Assembly: GCA_040954595.2 (NCBI GenBank)
Contig: CM082591.2
Span: 2,441,258-2,505,257, forward strand
Direction: 5' to 3'
DNA length: 64,000 bases
DNA from: Balanoglossus misakiensis
Lineage: Eukaryota > Animalia > Hemichordata
The notes under the pieces were generated by a model, which made no database searches, had not been told where the DNA came from, and worked only from the letters and a program-made list of their open reading frames with translations. This document shows positions 43,512-58,894 of this stretch, one piece after another; position 1 is the stretch's first letter, and each line of letters starts with the position of its first letter. The position numbers were made by a program, and so were the translations under genes.

Positions 43512-46500
43512 GGCTCGCTGAAATGAGATCAAATTGCGGAGGGATTGTGGCAGCCCTCTCCACGGACCTCTCTTCCAAATTGATTTGCAAAATACGGTCG
43601 CGGATTTACAGGTGAGGTAATACGATTAGGAGTTTCCCGCGCAAAACTGCCCTTGTAAATCAAAGTCACGAGGACAAACGATACAATAAGTCGAATGCAT
43701 TTAATTACATACACAAAAGGCGTTCTTACTAACTTGAATAAATACAAAAATTGTATCTCCCGCAATTTGGGTATACTAGTATGTAACTCTACCCTATATT
43801 ACTGGCTATGCCCTATCCTTATTTTTCCACAAGCCAAGGTTTGCAGTAATTGATGTAATCACAAACTCTCATCTACTTGAAAATAAAATATTAATTTCAG
43901 CCAAAGGCGGGACTGGGTACTTTAATGAGGTTGGAGCTGGGGCCAGCGGATCTGCCCGACAGAAGTTGTACTCACTGTCTAGTCAAAGTAGTATGATTCT
44001 GCTCAATTGTCGTCTGCTCACTTGTCGTCTGAACACCGAGAAGTTTATTTTCGGGACAGTTTCTTAAAGTGGAGACTACCGGCCGCCAACAACAAAACAA
44101 CAGTGACAAACTTGAACAGACCCAAAGCAACGTACCGCAAGGACAAAAACACTAGCAACATTTTGGCAATTTTCCCTACTGACGTTCCTGTCATCAACCT
44201 GACTCCAGATGACGACACTGTCGATTTTGTAACATTTGGAAGATCCAATGGCGGGAAATCAGTCGCCCCTCTTTGCGATTGTTACTTGCTGTTCGCCAGC
44301 GAGGATGCTCAGTCTCTGTTGGAATTTTCCCCGCTGGCGTGGGATTTCCCCTTGTAATCTAATTAAAACTGCAGTAACCTCTTTCATGTATTTTATGCCT
44401 GATCACAGTCAACAGTAAACTTACTTCATATGTCCGTTAAATCTAATTCAATCGTAATTTCCCATTAAAATTGACCTCGGCCGTTTTTTTCCAAGCGGTA
44501 AGTGAACCCCTCCCAGTCTGACGAAAACTCGCCGCCCGACCGAGGAGGGCGCCCGGCGTGACCTTTTACCAGCCAAACTTACTGAAACCGACAGCGAAAT
44601 ATGGTGGGACGGGGTATAGGGCGCATAATAAACTGAAAATTGAAAATTCATTGCATTTCCGAGGAAATTTGATTACTTTTTCGCCGTCTGTCTTGCCAGA
44701 TGACGATCGCTGCCATAGCATAATCACGCGAAAACCGTAACCCGGTGCGGACACCGGCTAAAGAGCTCGTTAACTCTGTGATTGTAGCGAAAATTATATT
44801 TAATAGAACATTTTTGCTCAATTTACCAGTAAACCAACGATCCGTGGAATCAAAGCTCACTAGACTACCGACTGTCAATGTTTACGCAGGACTTGAGTGG
44901 CACTATTTTCTCAAGTACGTCGGAACTTCTGATCTAGACTGGAAAGGAAATTGTTCGAAACTCAAAGTTCCAAACTACCATACGTTCCCGCCAAAACTAA
45001 AGAACCACTTCTCTCAGTATCTCCGTAATTTATCTTGCGTATGCAACTTATATCGGATTAGAAATATGAATCACTCGAATCTCTGTGTTCATTGATTAGA
45101 TAGTATCTCTAACCTGCATCTATAGACATGTTTAAAGGGTAAAGGAAGTAATTCCTACCAAAGTCTGGTTTAAACCAGTATTAATGATATGAGTTAGGCG
45201 ATTCTTGTGATAAGGTTGATAATATTCAGCAAAATGAAAAATATTGCTAATAACTATTGATACCTGCACATAACCATTGACATTCATGACTAAAGAGCTC
45301 GTCAACGATTGATATTATGATTCTCATAACTATTGATAATGAAATATTAAACTTTTAATACTTTGCTAGCATGGTATTCTCTTTATTTTTAAGAGCCACG
45401 TCAAGTTTCAGTGCGGTGTAAACTGAAATCCAAAATGGCCGCGAAACTCAATTTTAACTTTGTCAGAAGAAAGAGCGATTGTTGAACAAAAATTATCGAT
45501 TTTCTTGAAAACAAGATCATGACCAACTTAATTTTCTTTTATAGGTTTCATAAACAGTCCAAAATTGAAAGATCTGAATGACATTTATTTTTCTTTAACA
45601 TCTGTTCCTGGGTTGTCGTCTGCTCGTAAGCTCTTTGTTCCTTGAATGTCCCTGCCAGATCATCACAAATACCTACAATTAAACGGCACGGCCATTCAGT
45701 TGCGTGTATGCATATCATTAATAAACATGGCCGCCAGTTCTGTACTGACATTTGCAGGCTTGTGTTTCATATTCCAAACACGACTGACAACAAAACTTAA
45801 ATGCACTACACTATAAACTAGTTGGCTCTTTGCCAAATATCAAGGCGATCTTGCCAAAACGAGACATGTCGAAATTTGGGTTGTACATGTACATGGCTGG
45901 CCGGTCGACCTATCTCGCCTTCCCGCCATTTTTCCCGCCACGAAACAAAATATCGTGTAAAACTAAAGGTGCGCAGGCATGGTTAATTTATTTGACAATT
46001 GTGCTGGCATAGGTGATTACTCAGCAGTAATTATAGTATGTGGGCAGGGGCGTCTGAACGATTTCAGATTTCCGCATTTATCTTCCGACTAAAATGACAT
46101 GACAACTTGCATTAAATTTCCTCCAGGAATTCGAGTCTACAAGCATATGTTGAATCCCAGTCGTTTACTTTGCTTGGGAATCGTACTATCGCCTTGAACC
46201 TGCTTATTTCTGTGATGAAACGATATCACAAGTTCAATATTCTAATCCCTGGTTTCTCACAAATCAGGAAAAATCTTAATGGAACCACACTGAGATATTG
46301 ATTCAATAAATCAAAAATTCATGAACTTGAAATAATTCGCTAAATTCCCTCCTTTGCGTGACTGCTAATGAAAAGGTACACTAAGGCTGATAAGCAGGAA
46401 CGTAGGAAACGCTCCTCTGTGCTTAAAGGGAATACAACCAAATGTAACACTTTAGACGTTCTGTCTCTACCCCGGTAGCTTTTCTTTAAAAGATTTTAGT

Positions 46501-49500
46501 CGAACAGTTCAGGTATATGGACAAGGATACACACATTCACTGGCGATGAGTTTGATAGGGGTAAATTATACATTCATATGGATGGCATTTTCAATAGTGT
46601 GTCGATTCATTCAGTTTTGCATAATATACTTACAACTTCGAAATAGCAATTTGCGCATCGCATTAATAGCTTTACTGTAAGTAAGCTTCGGGTTTTCTTT
46701 CTTTTAAGGTCGTTTCTGTCAGGGCGAGACTTTGAGAGTTGCCCTCAGCCATTTTCTTCCCCTACAGATGTCAGTAGCTGACGACACAGAAGCAGAGCAG
46801 AGTCCTTTGTGAACATTTGGTTCTAGCGATCTCGGAGGCGAGCCCTTTGTTGGCTAAATGGAACTTGAAACAGCGATAAGTCCCAGTATCTCTCAATCAA
46901 GACAACTATTATAAGCCTTGCCGGGAGCGCATGAAACGGGCCCTGCGATTCGTTGTCCATTCTGCCTTGCCCAGGGTCTGCCTTAACAGGCCATTATCCC
47001 TGTGATGACTCTTTGGAAAAAAAGGGCGATTTTTTCCCCCGAAACATCTGAACAACCAGCGAAAAACGCTACTCTCAACCTACATGTACATCTCATCTAT
47101 TGTGCATGAGACTGTGGTCACCAACGCCAAAGTAGAACTTTCATTTTTCACAAAATTAACTCCCATAACTTTTCCCACAATTTATCTAAATTTTTGGAGC
47201 AAGAACTGTTGGCTTTGGAGAATTATCTCCACTGCAGAAAACCAAACGTAAATCAAATGCAAAAGTTCAAAACTTCAACATTACAGGTCTACGAATGCCA
47301 ATATGTCAGAAGGTCTATCCCGGGGTCACTCCAAGAGTTTAAAAGCAGCCGTCAAGTTTGTGTCATTGCAATCCCGCCAAAACGGAAATTCAATTCTTGA
47401 GACGTAAGCTTATCCTTTCTTGAAGATCCAGTCAACCAATCACCGAGGTCAAAATGTCACGTGTTGCGATGACGTCAAGCCTGTCATCAATTGCTGATTT
47501 CGGCAGTATTTTATTTGACCATAGAATGCGTGCTGCTGTTATCATTTTTTTTAAATTTTATATTAGCTCGAAATCGAAATGAGTAAAAATTGACGGGCAA
47601 GAAAATCACGGGTCGCGTGACATGGTAACTCGACTGTCATCGCTTCAATGATTTTACATTCAGAAACAAAGAACAGAATCACCCAATGTCGAGACCTAAG
47701 CATCATAATTTTCGCTCCAGTGGCCAAGTGGCTGCCCTCGCTCAATCGCTTTGAAGTTAAAACGACAATAAAACCAACTTTCCTATTGATAATTTCTTTT
47801 TTGTCAAAATTTAAGAGATGGAAATATACTTATTTAATGATTTATCTCGGTAGCTGATCCCAGTAAATGAGCCCCGATAAACATGTATCAAGTCTCTCTG
47901 TTTTTGTCGGTAGACAAATCATTCCCGCCAAAACACGCAGACGAGAGTTTTCTTCCAGCTTACATCTCATTACAATCATGAAAGTTTGGGTTACAATATT
48001 AATCCACTCATTTTGTCTGTGAATCTTGAGGTACTGGCTCAAATTAAATTATATTGTGATTTATCGACCTTGTCGCTCTAATTTTTTTACAGAAATTCAT
48101 GTATATGATAGAAACGAGCGGTAACAGCGTTATAGAATTTAGATTTGTGAAATTCCGCCATTTTGTTTCTTTCAATATGGCGGCTTTAAGATCTAGTCAG
48201 TTACGATATCTTATTAACTTCAGTTTTCTGTGCGTTTGTTTCCAAGATATTAATGTCGCAGTTAAAATAAGCGGCTACTTTTAGACGAAACTGGTTTCAA
48301 AATTAAGTTGAGAGACCCAACAGGAATAGACTAAAACATCACGCGGAATTCTACCCCTCACAGCAGTGTAGACCCACCTCACAACCCAAACACGGGCTCT
48401 GATGTATCACACTACAGCCTACAGTGCACACACCTCCCAAAGTGTTTTCAATTAATTAGATGTTAAATCGAATTTGCTATATGTTTCCCAGTGTGCGGCT
48501 CAGCGGCAGTCCCCCCACCTTTACTGTGATTATCAGAAGAAGCCCCTCGCTGCGCGCCACAATGGAGCGCGCGCTAACGTACAATTTTAGTATTGACTCA
48601 TAAACAATGGCGGCTAATTTCTGATGGTTATACGACAATTTGGCGGCGATTTCTCGGGGACCGAGCGGAGGGGGGCGAATGATCTAATAAACACATTTAG
48701 CAACAAAGCTCACATAACCTTCTAACTCCGATTTAAAAAGGGGAAGAAAGGAAGAGAAAAAACTTGTGTCTATGGTTATTATTTAATAGTAGGCCGCTGT
48801 CTTCAAACGCTATTGAAAACAGCAAGCGGGCTTTTGACAAAAAGAGAATCGTACACGGGCCGGCTCTGCTCAGTATATTGCCCGGTTTCCCGCCGAAAGA
48901 ACGGGAAATCAGAAAACCCACCTCCGTGTAGAGCTCACGTAATTACGTATACATGGGACTTCATTAGCACACGTATGAATATTTTATTGCATAAATTTTC
49001 AATAATATTTTCCTTTACGCTACAGACGGGACAATCCCGCTGACTTAATCACACTAGAATGAACAAGGACCATATAACATCTGAGACTGTTATAGCGTTC
49101 GACTGACGCCGATTCTTGAGTGCATTTTATTCAAGGAAAGTTACTTTTTCGACTCTGCTAACTGCAAGAGGAGTGTTTCGCGTGTGCTGCGCCTGTCAAA
49201 GTGACGCGGAGCATGTCACGTGCGCGCACTTACTTGGCGACGGTTCCGCGCCGCGACTATTACAGCGCGCCGTAGCCGTACCACTTGTACGTGTTAGTAA
49301 CTGCGCCAAGCTTACAAATAGTGTTCAATTTTCCTCCATTAAAGATGTCAGGAACACGCGTTCAGCCCTCATATATCTATAAAAACTGCCCCCTTCCCGA
49401 AGTATGGAGACTTTAATTGGCACAGTTTGACAGCAAAGAAGCGTGGATCTTCAAAACTCGCTCAAAGTTTCAAGTTCTCTCTCTCACTCGCCCCGGCTTA

Positions 49501-52500
49501 CGTTAGGGCAATTAGGGACCGAACGCAAACCCGATCACCGCACATAATTGGACAACTTTTATCCGACACGCAAATTATCGCGTGGACTCCCGGCCCTACG
49601 TGAGCGGAAAGACAATAGCCCATCACGAGGTGCCCCCAAGTTTCGTTCTTTTGCCAACCGACCGACAAGTGCTACAAGTTCGGAGGGATGGTCCGGACTT
49701 GGCTCGTCGCGCGCGCGACAGACGCTCACCGTGTCGCCCGCGCGCCCGAGTCCCTCCCCGGCGGACGGAGAATGCGTGTTTCGGCGCTAGGAGTGCGAGA
49801 GACGCGAGAGAAAGCGAGAAAAAAAATCAGAGCCGCGCTGTTCGATTGTCGACCATTATTTTGATGCCAATGGGTGCATAAACAGCTCGAATGCATTGCC
49901 TGTGCAAGACAGCCGATGGAGGGCCTATTCAACATGAGGCGGAGTAGAGCTGCGTTTTATTATACCAGGACCGCATATGTACACTTGTATGAAGCCCCTT
50001 TCGTAGTTATCAATAGCTGGGATAATAGCCCCTAATCTAATAAATTATCTCTGCTTTCAGCTAAATCTGTTCGCTATAATTCAAGGGGCAATCACCTAAT
50101 TTACATACGGGGATCTCGGCCAATCCTCGTGCCTCGCCTTGACATAAGCGAAACATTTCGAACCGGGAAAAGATGTCCGGTGATTCACAATGTATCGCCG
50201 GGCGATGCAATGTTACCGCGATGAAACAAAGACTTTATAGGATGGGAGCATGGTCGCTCACCCAGCACTGGTGAAACTCCAAAATGTTATAAAAGAGGCT
50301 TGGAACACGCGTGATGAAATTGAAATTGAAAGCAAAGGTACATCCAAGTCAACCCTAAGAACGTCATGGCACTTTTTATGGCATTGAGGGAGGCTTAATT
50401 ACCCAGGATTCCTTTCTACATATGGTCTACATATTAGTCAATCGGGCAAAATCGAACTTGGCCGAAGTTGCCCAAAGTTTCCACACAGTTGTATCTGGTT
50501 CAATCTAGCAGAGACAAACAGACCGAAGTTAAAAGCTTGACTCTAAAGCTAAAGTGTCGAACTGGGATACATTGAGTTGCAGGCCGCGTACTGGTTCGGT
50601 GCCTCGGCTTTTGTCGCGCGCGCGGCCGCCAGAGAAATTTATTGTCGGAACAGACACACAGTGTCAGAGCCGAAAATTTATTTACTTGTAAAATGGCCTA
50701 CCGATTGCCGTAAAATGGCGAATAAATACGTGTAAGTAGGGCAGACGGGTAACTCGCAATTTCGTCCATGACTTATGGGCGAAACGGACAGAGCTCGATC
50801 CAATTTGTATGGAACGGGGCGGTGCTTCTCCTTATTGTGTTACGCTATGGTTTTGAAGGCAGCGCGGGGTGTACTGTATGTCAGTTCTCCCGTCGCGCGC
50901 TAATTCTTGCATCAATTTTCTTTCTTAGTTAGGACTCTTAAAATTTTGTGTGTTTTTTTCTTCCAACGGGACGGTTTACTCCGGCCTCTATACATCGACC
51001 GGGACGGTTGCGGCCGCGCCGGGGAATGGGACAAGGCTCTTTGACGGGGGCTTGTTCGGGTCGTGTTCGACCAATTTGTCAGGGTATAGAAAAGAAAAGG
51101 GGAACCGCGCATAGAAAACGGAACACGCAGATCGTTTTGCCTGATTTGTATTCATGGGTCGATGAGTACACCATTCGATGTAAGAAATCCTCTGTTCTTA
51201 ATCGAAGTTGAGGCAGATTCATTATTCATGGGGGCTCTCTCAATTGAGCGGAGACACCGTGTCAGGCGTTATAATCTGACTCGTCGTATTTCCAAGTCTC
51301 CATCTGGCCAGTGCATTAGCCGTGTTAACCGCCATTTAGAAGAAAATATGTCGATTTCACTTATTGAGAGATCTGACCTGTAAAGTTACTTCTTTCAAAA
51401 TTTGATATCGCCTTCTGTCGGGCAAATTTTTATCTAAAACGTAGAAAAACACGCCGACATACGCGGATAAACTTTCCCTCAATAAAAGTTTTGGTCTGGG
51501 GAAATTCTTTAAGATAGAAAAATGGTTTCTGCGTCTTTCGTGACGCCGTGGCAGACTGTAAGAAAGGCTTTTGGTTTATGTAAAATATGTAGGGACGTGA
51601 TTTTAGACAAAGAAACGGCACAAAGTAAAACGAAAATCCAAATCACAGCGAATGGGCTAATTGATTCGTAGTAACAACCGAATTACAATTTATAAAAAGG
51701 CAAGCGTCCAAATCAAACTCGTTCTGTTAATATTTCCTTTGTCAAACGTTGATTTTGGATCGACGGAAATTTCGGGGCTCTTGCGTCAAGTGACCCGTAA
51801 AATTGACCGCCAGCCGCTGCACGTACTTGGGTTGAGCTCGGGTAACCATCGGGCGCGCGCACGCGTCAGGCACCGGTGCTTGACGCGATCGAAGGCGCGC
51901 GCTGATTTTTTTTTTCGCGGGGTATTAACTTATGTGTGGTACCATCGTCGTTCCCTGACTTGATATCATGCACGTTATAGCACGTGTGCTGCACGCCGTG
52001 CATAACGTGAGTTTCAGTTCACGTTCGCCTCCAATGCCAAGTGCCAATGGCTAGTTTTACCCCCCCCCCCCTTCTTCCCTGTCTTTTACCAGTGAATTTA
52101 ATTAACATTCTGTCGTTAAGTGGACAACAAAAGAGGTTACACCTCGGCACAGCATGTCGGATGTACCGTCACGATTGACTTGTTTTTGGGCGAATAACTG
52201 CCTTCCCAAACACAAGAGACTGCATGGATTTAAAAGTCTCCTAAGCAAGAAAAGAATTAGTAAGGACTTTGCGTTTTTCAACTGAAAGTTATCTTTGCCC
52301 AAGCCTTCCTTCTGATCATTTGCTTTTTAATCCAACTATAAGTGAGGTTTTGCCTCACTGTTATTCTGTGCAGTGAGCTAAGCTAACTATGGAGAAATTC
52401 AATAAACGCCAAGTCACAATAATAATCAACAATAGCATAAACTCTAAAAACATAAGGAGGGTCTTAAATCAAGTGATTGCAATTTCGAAAGATTATTTTC

Positions 52501-54907
52501 ATAACGGATTTTCGTGGTCTAATTTTTCGCACAGAACCTGCTGCGGTTCTGTCGATAGTTTCGGCGCCAATTATGGGAAACCACTTTTTGCAGGCGGCCA
52601 TTGTCGTCCGACCAAAAGCAAACATTCTGCAGTTTGCTTTAATTATTGTATTTGTTGTTATTCGCTGGGTTTATTGAGTATTTTTGGTCAAAGGTGTTTT
52701 CTTTCAAAACAGAGGTGGTTTGATGAGAACAAATTAGGAGGGGTGTTGCGCTAAAAGTGAACACATTTTAGCTGCTGGACGAGGGGAAGGTAACTGGGAC
52801 GCGGTGATGACGTGTGTCGGTCACAGAGTCGCAAGAGTAGCAGATGTGGGCGAAATCGCGGGAGAAAACCACCCGTGGGCGGATATTCGCACTGCATCCT
52901 GGTCATCTTTCCGCTGAGGCGATAAAGAAGTCAACTTCGACGTAAATGGATTAAGAATGACAAAGTGGCCCCCCTCCCCCACTGAAAAGAAGTGGTTCTA
53001 ATAGGATGTGGTTACCACCAATGACCTTGCACCAAGGTCACAAACCCAGAGCAAAATGGCGCCAATGGGACGAGTCGTGACGTCACGAAGCATTTGTGGA
53101 CTGTTACAATGTATGACTGGCGCCAATCTAGTCTTTGCTACTTCTATAGCACGAAATTAGCGGATGTTCACGAATTCTTTAGTTTAGGACACATGATGTA
53201 TATATAGCTAGATCAACGCATATTGAGGAACTGTGCCTTGTGGTATGCCTGTAACACCACGAAATCTGACAGAATATTGACCCATGAATATTTAATAGTC
53301 TTTTTTTCTGGTGACCGTGATTGGCCTAATCTACATGACAGACTGTAACACCGAGGTCGGAGGTCATGCCGACCCCTCGTGACATGGATCAAACTTTGTG
53401 GTATACAATGCATTAAACATTAATTGGTCAAATAACACCAGATGATAACAAAAGGCGATACGGATCGCCATCACAACACGTGATGTCCAACCGACTGGTC
53501 AATGAACGTACTGCCGGTCACCTTTCGGACAAAGCACTCCATCCATCAACATTAGACAAAACGACATCCGTCACGGTCGACAAAACTCTCCCACGTCATC
53601 AATCAGCATCACGTAGGACAACATCGATCAACAACGACAACCCATGATCGATCAACATCAACAAAAACACATCCATCAACACAGCCTAACAAAACACCCT
53701 CAGTGGAGATATGTCTTAACAAACCTACCTGTCAGATGGTCTTCTTTGTGGTCCGAGTCAATTCAACGTTATCAATAGCTCATCTAAACAAAAACAGTAA
53801 ACAAACAACAATCAATCAATCAATCAATCAACCACAACGTTCGCGGAATGACGTAATCGAAATAGCACACCGTGACCAACATATAACGTGGCAGCCCTAG
53901 CTATAACAATCAAAGTCTGCAAAATCATGAAACAGGCTGGTTATGCGAAAATGAAAAAAAAACTCCATCCGTTCATCCGGCTATGTATTTATCCGGACGG
54001 TCTGTAGACGTCACGTGTCATTACACAGAAACAACACAACGCATGCTCGCGCGCAAACTTTAACCTTAACACCATATGGAAAAATCTACTGAAGCGTTTC
54101 GCACAGCCGTAAACAAAGACGCCGTCCTAACGCTGAACGGCAAAAATAAAATCCCTTCAGGAAAACAGACAATTTGGAATTCGAAAGGACTGTTATCACA
54201 ATACAGGCACCGTCTGGAATACAGAATATATATTCAAGGATGATATTCCCCAAAAGAAAAACAAGTTTCGCTTGAGCAGTTTCTTAAAATGGAGAATTTT
54301 GTGTGTAGCTGTTTTACGAATGATTGGGTATCTCTTCAAACGCATGACCAACTGCCTGCGTGTCCCGACACCGGAACTGTTCTCTCTCGATTCGAGTGAA
54401 TAGCATCACAAGCCCACGGTTTGCTTCGAACTCTAAAGTGTGTTCGAGCTGTTTTTGCTTTATCGAACACAACACGAGAAATAAAAGTTCGTTCCACGCT
54501 GTCTCACCCAGAAGGATGTCAAGCTGTTGTCATTTTTGATGCGCGACTCCAGAAGTGGAATAATCTCCTATGAATATTGATAACTGACGAGAAATTCACG
54601 AACGTCTCAGATATTATTTTACCTAATACCAAGTATCCAAATCCGAACTACAAGCAAAATAGCCGGAAGAGTACATGTATGTCGCTAAATCCCTAACCCT
54701 AAATCTAATGATTTTTTGTTTGCGTAGTCTGCATCTGCGATGCGACATGAATGCAGAGCAGAAATGGCAGATGTCACTTTTTCCTAGAAGACGACACCGC
54801 CAGACAACTGTAAAACATGGCCGACACCAAACGACAATCACGGGCAATGAATGCAGTACGTTTCCCGCCCGTGCGCGCCTGGTCGCAATGTCAAGACTGT
54901 CGTAAAC

Positions 54908-54994
54908 GTCGTAAATCATTGCGATGCAGTCGTAGAACGGCCATTTGTCGCAAAGGTCGTAAATCACCCGGGCCCTAGTCGTAGAACGGCCATT
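54908..54994. repeat. 2 x ~49-bp direct repeat
   Basis: GTCGTAAATCA...AGTCGTAGAACGGCCATT occurs twice. Confidence 0.75.
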
Positions 54995-57749
54995 AGATAT
55001 CCACTCCTACTTTAATGGGAGAGCATCTCATAAGCTATCATCGCTTCTGTCAGGAGGTGTCAAATTTATAGTTTCCTCTTGAATGGAAACCAGTTTCCCG
55101 CCCTTCGGCGACAATATGCGTGGTGGCCGGCATCGTCACATAGTGTAGGCAGACGACTGCCGTCACCAACTGTCAAGTTCGTTTCCATGACAGGCTGTTC
55201 ACATTGCAGACATTAGACAGAAAATATCGTCGAAAGGGACTTGCACAAACCCAAGACAAAATAACGATAAAAATGGCACATTTTTATGTCAAAAATGTCG
55301 TCTGTTTGTTTGTTTGTTTGTTTTCGTAAGTCTGATAGATAATTCTCTTGACAAATTCCACGAAAAGTTTTAATTTTTGTCAATTTTGTAGATAGGTTTT
55401 TGTTTCAAATTGAAAGTTCGCTCTTGTTTTATTTGATCTTGATGGAAGTTGCTCTCGTCAGGAATCATGACCAGCTTTGTAGAAATAAAATAAGGCGCAG
55501 CTTTGAATGAAATACCTCCTTCCTGAGTTCTCTGTACACGCATGCGAGGATCACTGCGCATGTCACCGAGCATGACCGCTTCGTTGATTTTTGGGGGAAC
55601 GAGAGAGACTGCAATTACGCTTGTGCATACAGACGATTTGACGTAATTTGTCTGATCATGGCCAATCGGTCGGATAATACCGCGTTGTTGATGAAGCTAC
55701 CTTTCCCCAGAAAATCAAAACTCCGGCGTCGAAAGGTCGCGAACTTCCGAGACATTTCGGCGGATGATTATTGAGTAAATCGCCGGGGTCTTCAATGACT
55801 TGACTCCGGCGAAGTAATCATTCTTGGCACGCGTCGGACGGACTAAAGAAAGGCTTCAACTAACATTTGATAAAAAATATGCATTTGCATCTTTATAAGA
55901 TTCAAAAAACAAAATACACCTACGCCGATCACATAACGGCCACAAATTTGATAATTACTCTATAACATGAACACAGAAGATAATTCGCCTTTCGGATATT
56001 TCATTAATTGGACGCCATCGTTTGTCGAAATTTCCAAATTTTGACTACAATTTCGAGTTTACCCTATTCACCAAAGATTAGGCTCTCTTACAATAGATAA
56101 TAAAACACAATGAAATTATAATTGCCAAATTTAAAGAAACGTTAACGGAAGATAGACGCGGCGGACAGACAGACAGAATTGTTCCGTTTTGTTGGACGCT
56201 CAACTTCCAAATACTACAATTACCGCGCCTATGTCCGCGCTGGATAAAAGAAGCGCACTTCTGCGTCCTTGATTTAAATGGTCCGTGTCTCCCCTCCAGA
56301 ATGGGGAAGAATGACCCCAATCAGGGCGGAAGGGGGCTATGAAAGGTCCCCGATAAGCTCAATTACTAGTCGTATCTTTTCAGAAAGACTCATGAATACG
56401 GAACATATCATTTGACACGGGTACGGGCGACTGATTGTGCGCGCCGGCGCGAAAAGAACGCGGAACCCTATCCGTGATTTTATGCTTATTCCTTCGGTAT
56501 CCCTCAAAGAACGAAGCAATCATGATTTTTCATTTGGATATTTCGTCTACTGCTGTATATCGTGAACAAAGTTCGTCCACGCCCTGGAAACTTTTCCATA
56601 GTTGTAGCCAAACTACAAAAATCCCCTTTTCACATTATTAGAGGAGTATTGGTTTAACCTGTCGTGTTATGATTTACTGAACAAACTATTAATCGCCAAA
56701 GTCGTGGTCACGAATTAAACTCAGATCTTGATCACTGACAACATGGCGGCAACAGACGACATTTAGGGATGCATATTCGCGCCAATAATACACATGTAAC
56801 TTAATGCCATTGTGCCCGCTCTAGTAAGAATAAATCCTCGCAAATGGATATTTATTTCTTTTCCAATTTTTGTCTTACAAAAGCAGCCATCTTCAATTCA
56901 TCAATTAGCTTATATTTTACAAGAAGGGAGATGAAATATGCCTAGCGGTGGGGGGAAAGAAAAGCCAAAATTAATGAAATTAAGATTGGTAGCAATGGTG
57001 CTAATTGGGGCTAATTTTAGTCAAAACTGTGACCCCTCAGACAGCAACTGTATATAAGTTAAAATTGCCGCGTTTTGCATTTCTATATTTTTTTTTCATG
57101 ACACAAAACAGCGGACGTGTGTCGGGCCTTCGGTAGTAGTTCTTCAGAAAGTGCATTTCATAAAGGAAAAGTCGGGCGCGCGATTGTGAGTCAAACACTA
57201 CGAAATATAATATCAAAATCGCCAATTAGCGACAGTGTGGTTGCGTCGCGGCCCTGAGCAAACTGTTGTGGGTGATTCGCTGTGTCACGTGTCAACTCCC
57301 ACTTACATGTGCAGAGTGTCTTTCAACCGAGGTCCCCACACGTGTTGAATAAACACTGAAAGGGCGGACAAATCGCCCCAAATATTCGAATTCTAAGAGA
57401 CGAGGAAATGGATTTCGCGAAATATTTGTACGGAAGGAGGCGGTGATTCTAACGTTCTGCGCTCTGCCCCCTCGACTGCCGCTCTGAAACACAAAACAAT
57501 AAAATTGAAGCAACACTCCAAAATTTGAAAAAGAATTATCTTTTGAATTCGGAGTACCTCGGTTCCAATTTTGTCAAAGGAGCATGCCTTGTCACTTATT
57601 AAAATTGTGAAGAAAAAACTTTTTTTCTATCAATTGACATCAGCATGACGGTGCATCTATTTTGTGACGTCACCGCGCGGGATCAAATTACACCATAAAA
57701 ACTTGCGCGTGGAACAAATCTGCAGACCCGAATTCGAGGTCAGCGCGGG

Positions 57750-57817
57750 GGCACGATTTGGCGGGAGAAATGCTCGTCTCGCCGAGGCACGATTTGGCGG
57801 GAAAAATGGTCGTCTCG
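57750..57817. repeat. 2 x 36-bp direct repeat
   Basis: GGCACGATTTGGCGGGA(G/A)AAATG(C/G)TCGTCTCG occurs twice. Confidence 0.85.
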
Positions 57818-58814
57818 TCTATTAATGACAGTTCAAAGTTGGCTTCATTTGTGGTCAATTTCGCGACTTGTGTCAAACTTCTTTTGGCGCAGATCCCCAT
57901 TGATTGCAATGATAGTCAGCCTGGATTATCAAGGAACCGTTGATTCATGTCGCGTCGTCATGCGTCCGCTGATTGGGCGATCAAGCGAAAGCCTACAAAA
58001 TTATGAATCGTTGAAGAGGTCCCCTTAGCATAGTCTAATCGATCAAAATTATGCTTTTTCTCTCTCATTGCAGTCTCAGACTCAAATCTTCTAACTTTTA
58101 TGGCCGACACAGGACTGCAAATCGTAAACAGCTTTGTGAAAAATACTTGGATTTTTTTCAGAAAATGCTGTGAATAGCACATGTATGCTGGTTTAATAAA
58201 AATGTTAGGGAAATTTTTTGACAAAATGTCGTGAGCGAGCGGCGTCGTTTAATTTTTTGTGAGACGAGCGCGCGCGTGATATCGGAGAGTATCGGCGAAT
58301 GAATACGAATGGGCACATTCGTTCTCATCCAAGCGAGAAATACAAATATAATTTACCGCCACAAATGATGCTAATTTTAAATTTCATCTTTGCCTTACCC
58401 ATTGTGACTTGTTCGTTCTTTTCAAGCGTTCCTCGTCCGATGACATTGTAGCGTACGCAAATGAGTGACAAGGCGCATACAATCGGAAGGTTCCCTATCC
58501 CACACACTGGTAGAATCAAGAGTAGGCTAGGGAGTTTTTTGCGGACGAGCCAGTGGAGCAACCCTTCGCTGACATACCTGCTTACACCGGGGCTGTTAGG
58601 GCACACTTTGTATGTATTTTAGCGCCGATTTATCGTTTTTCCCCCTTCCAAATTGTTCGACTGAACTGAAACATTGCACTTTGACTGCCTCTGTGCTGGT
58701 AATTGCGCCATGCGCCATATGCCACCCGACTGACTGGATACACTGTAAGCTCATGTACACAAGACCAGCTATGTCTTCACCCCGTACCCTAAACAACCGC
58801 TCGGACATTTTAGT

Positions 58815-58894
58815 ACCACCACCACCACCACCACCACCACCACCACCACCTCCTCCTCCTCCTCCTCTACCACCACCACCACCACCACCACCAC
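58815..58894. repeat. (CCA)n/(CCT)n microsatellite
   Basis: Direct reading. Confidence 0.95.

Noticed and set aside
54690-54703. CCCTAACCCTAA telomere-like hexamers
   Set aside because: Only two units, compatible with chance.
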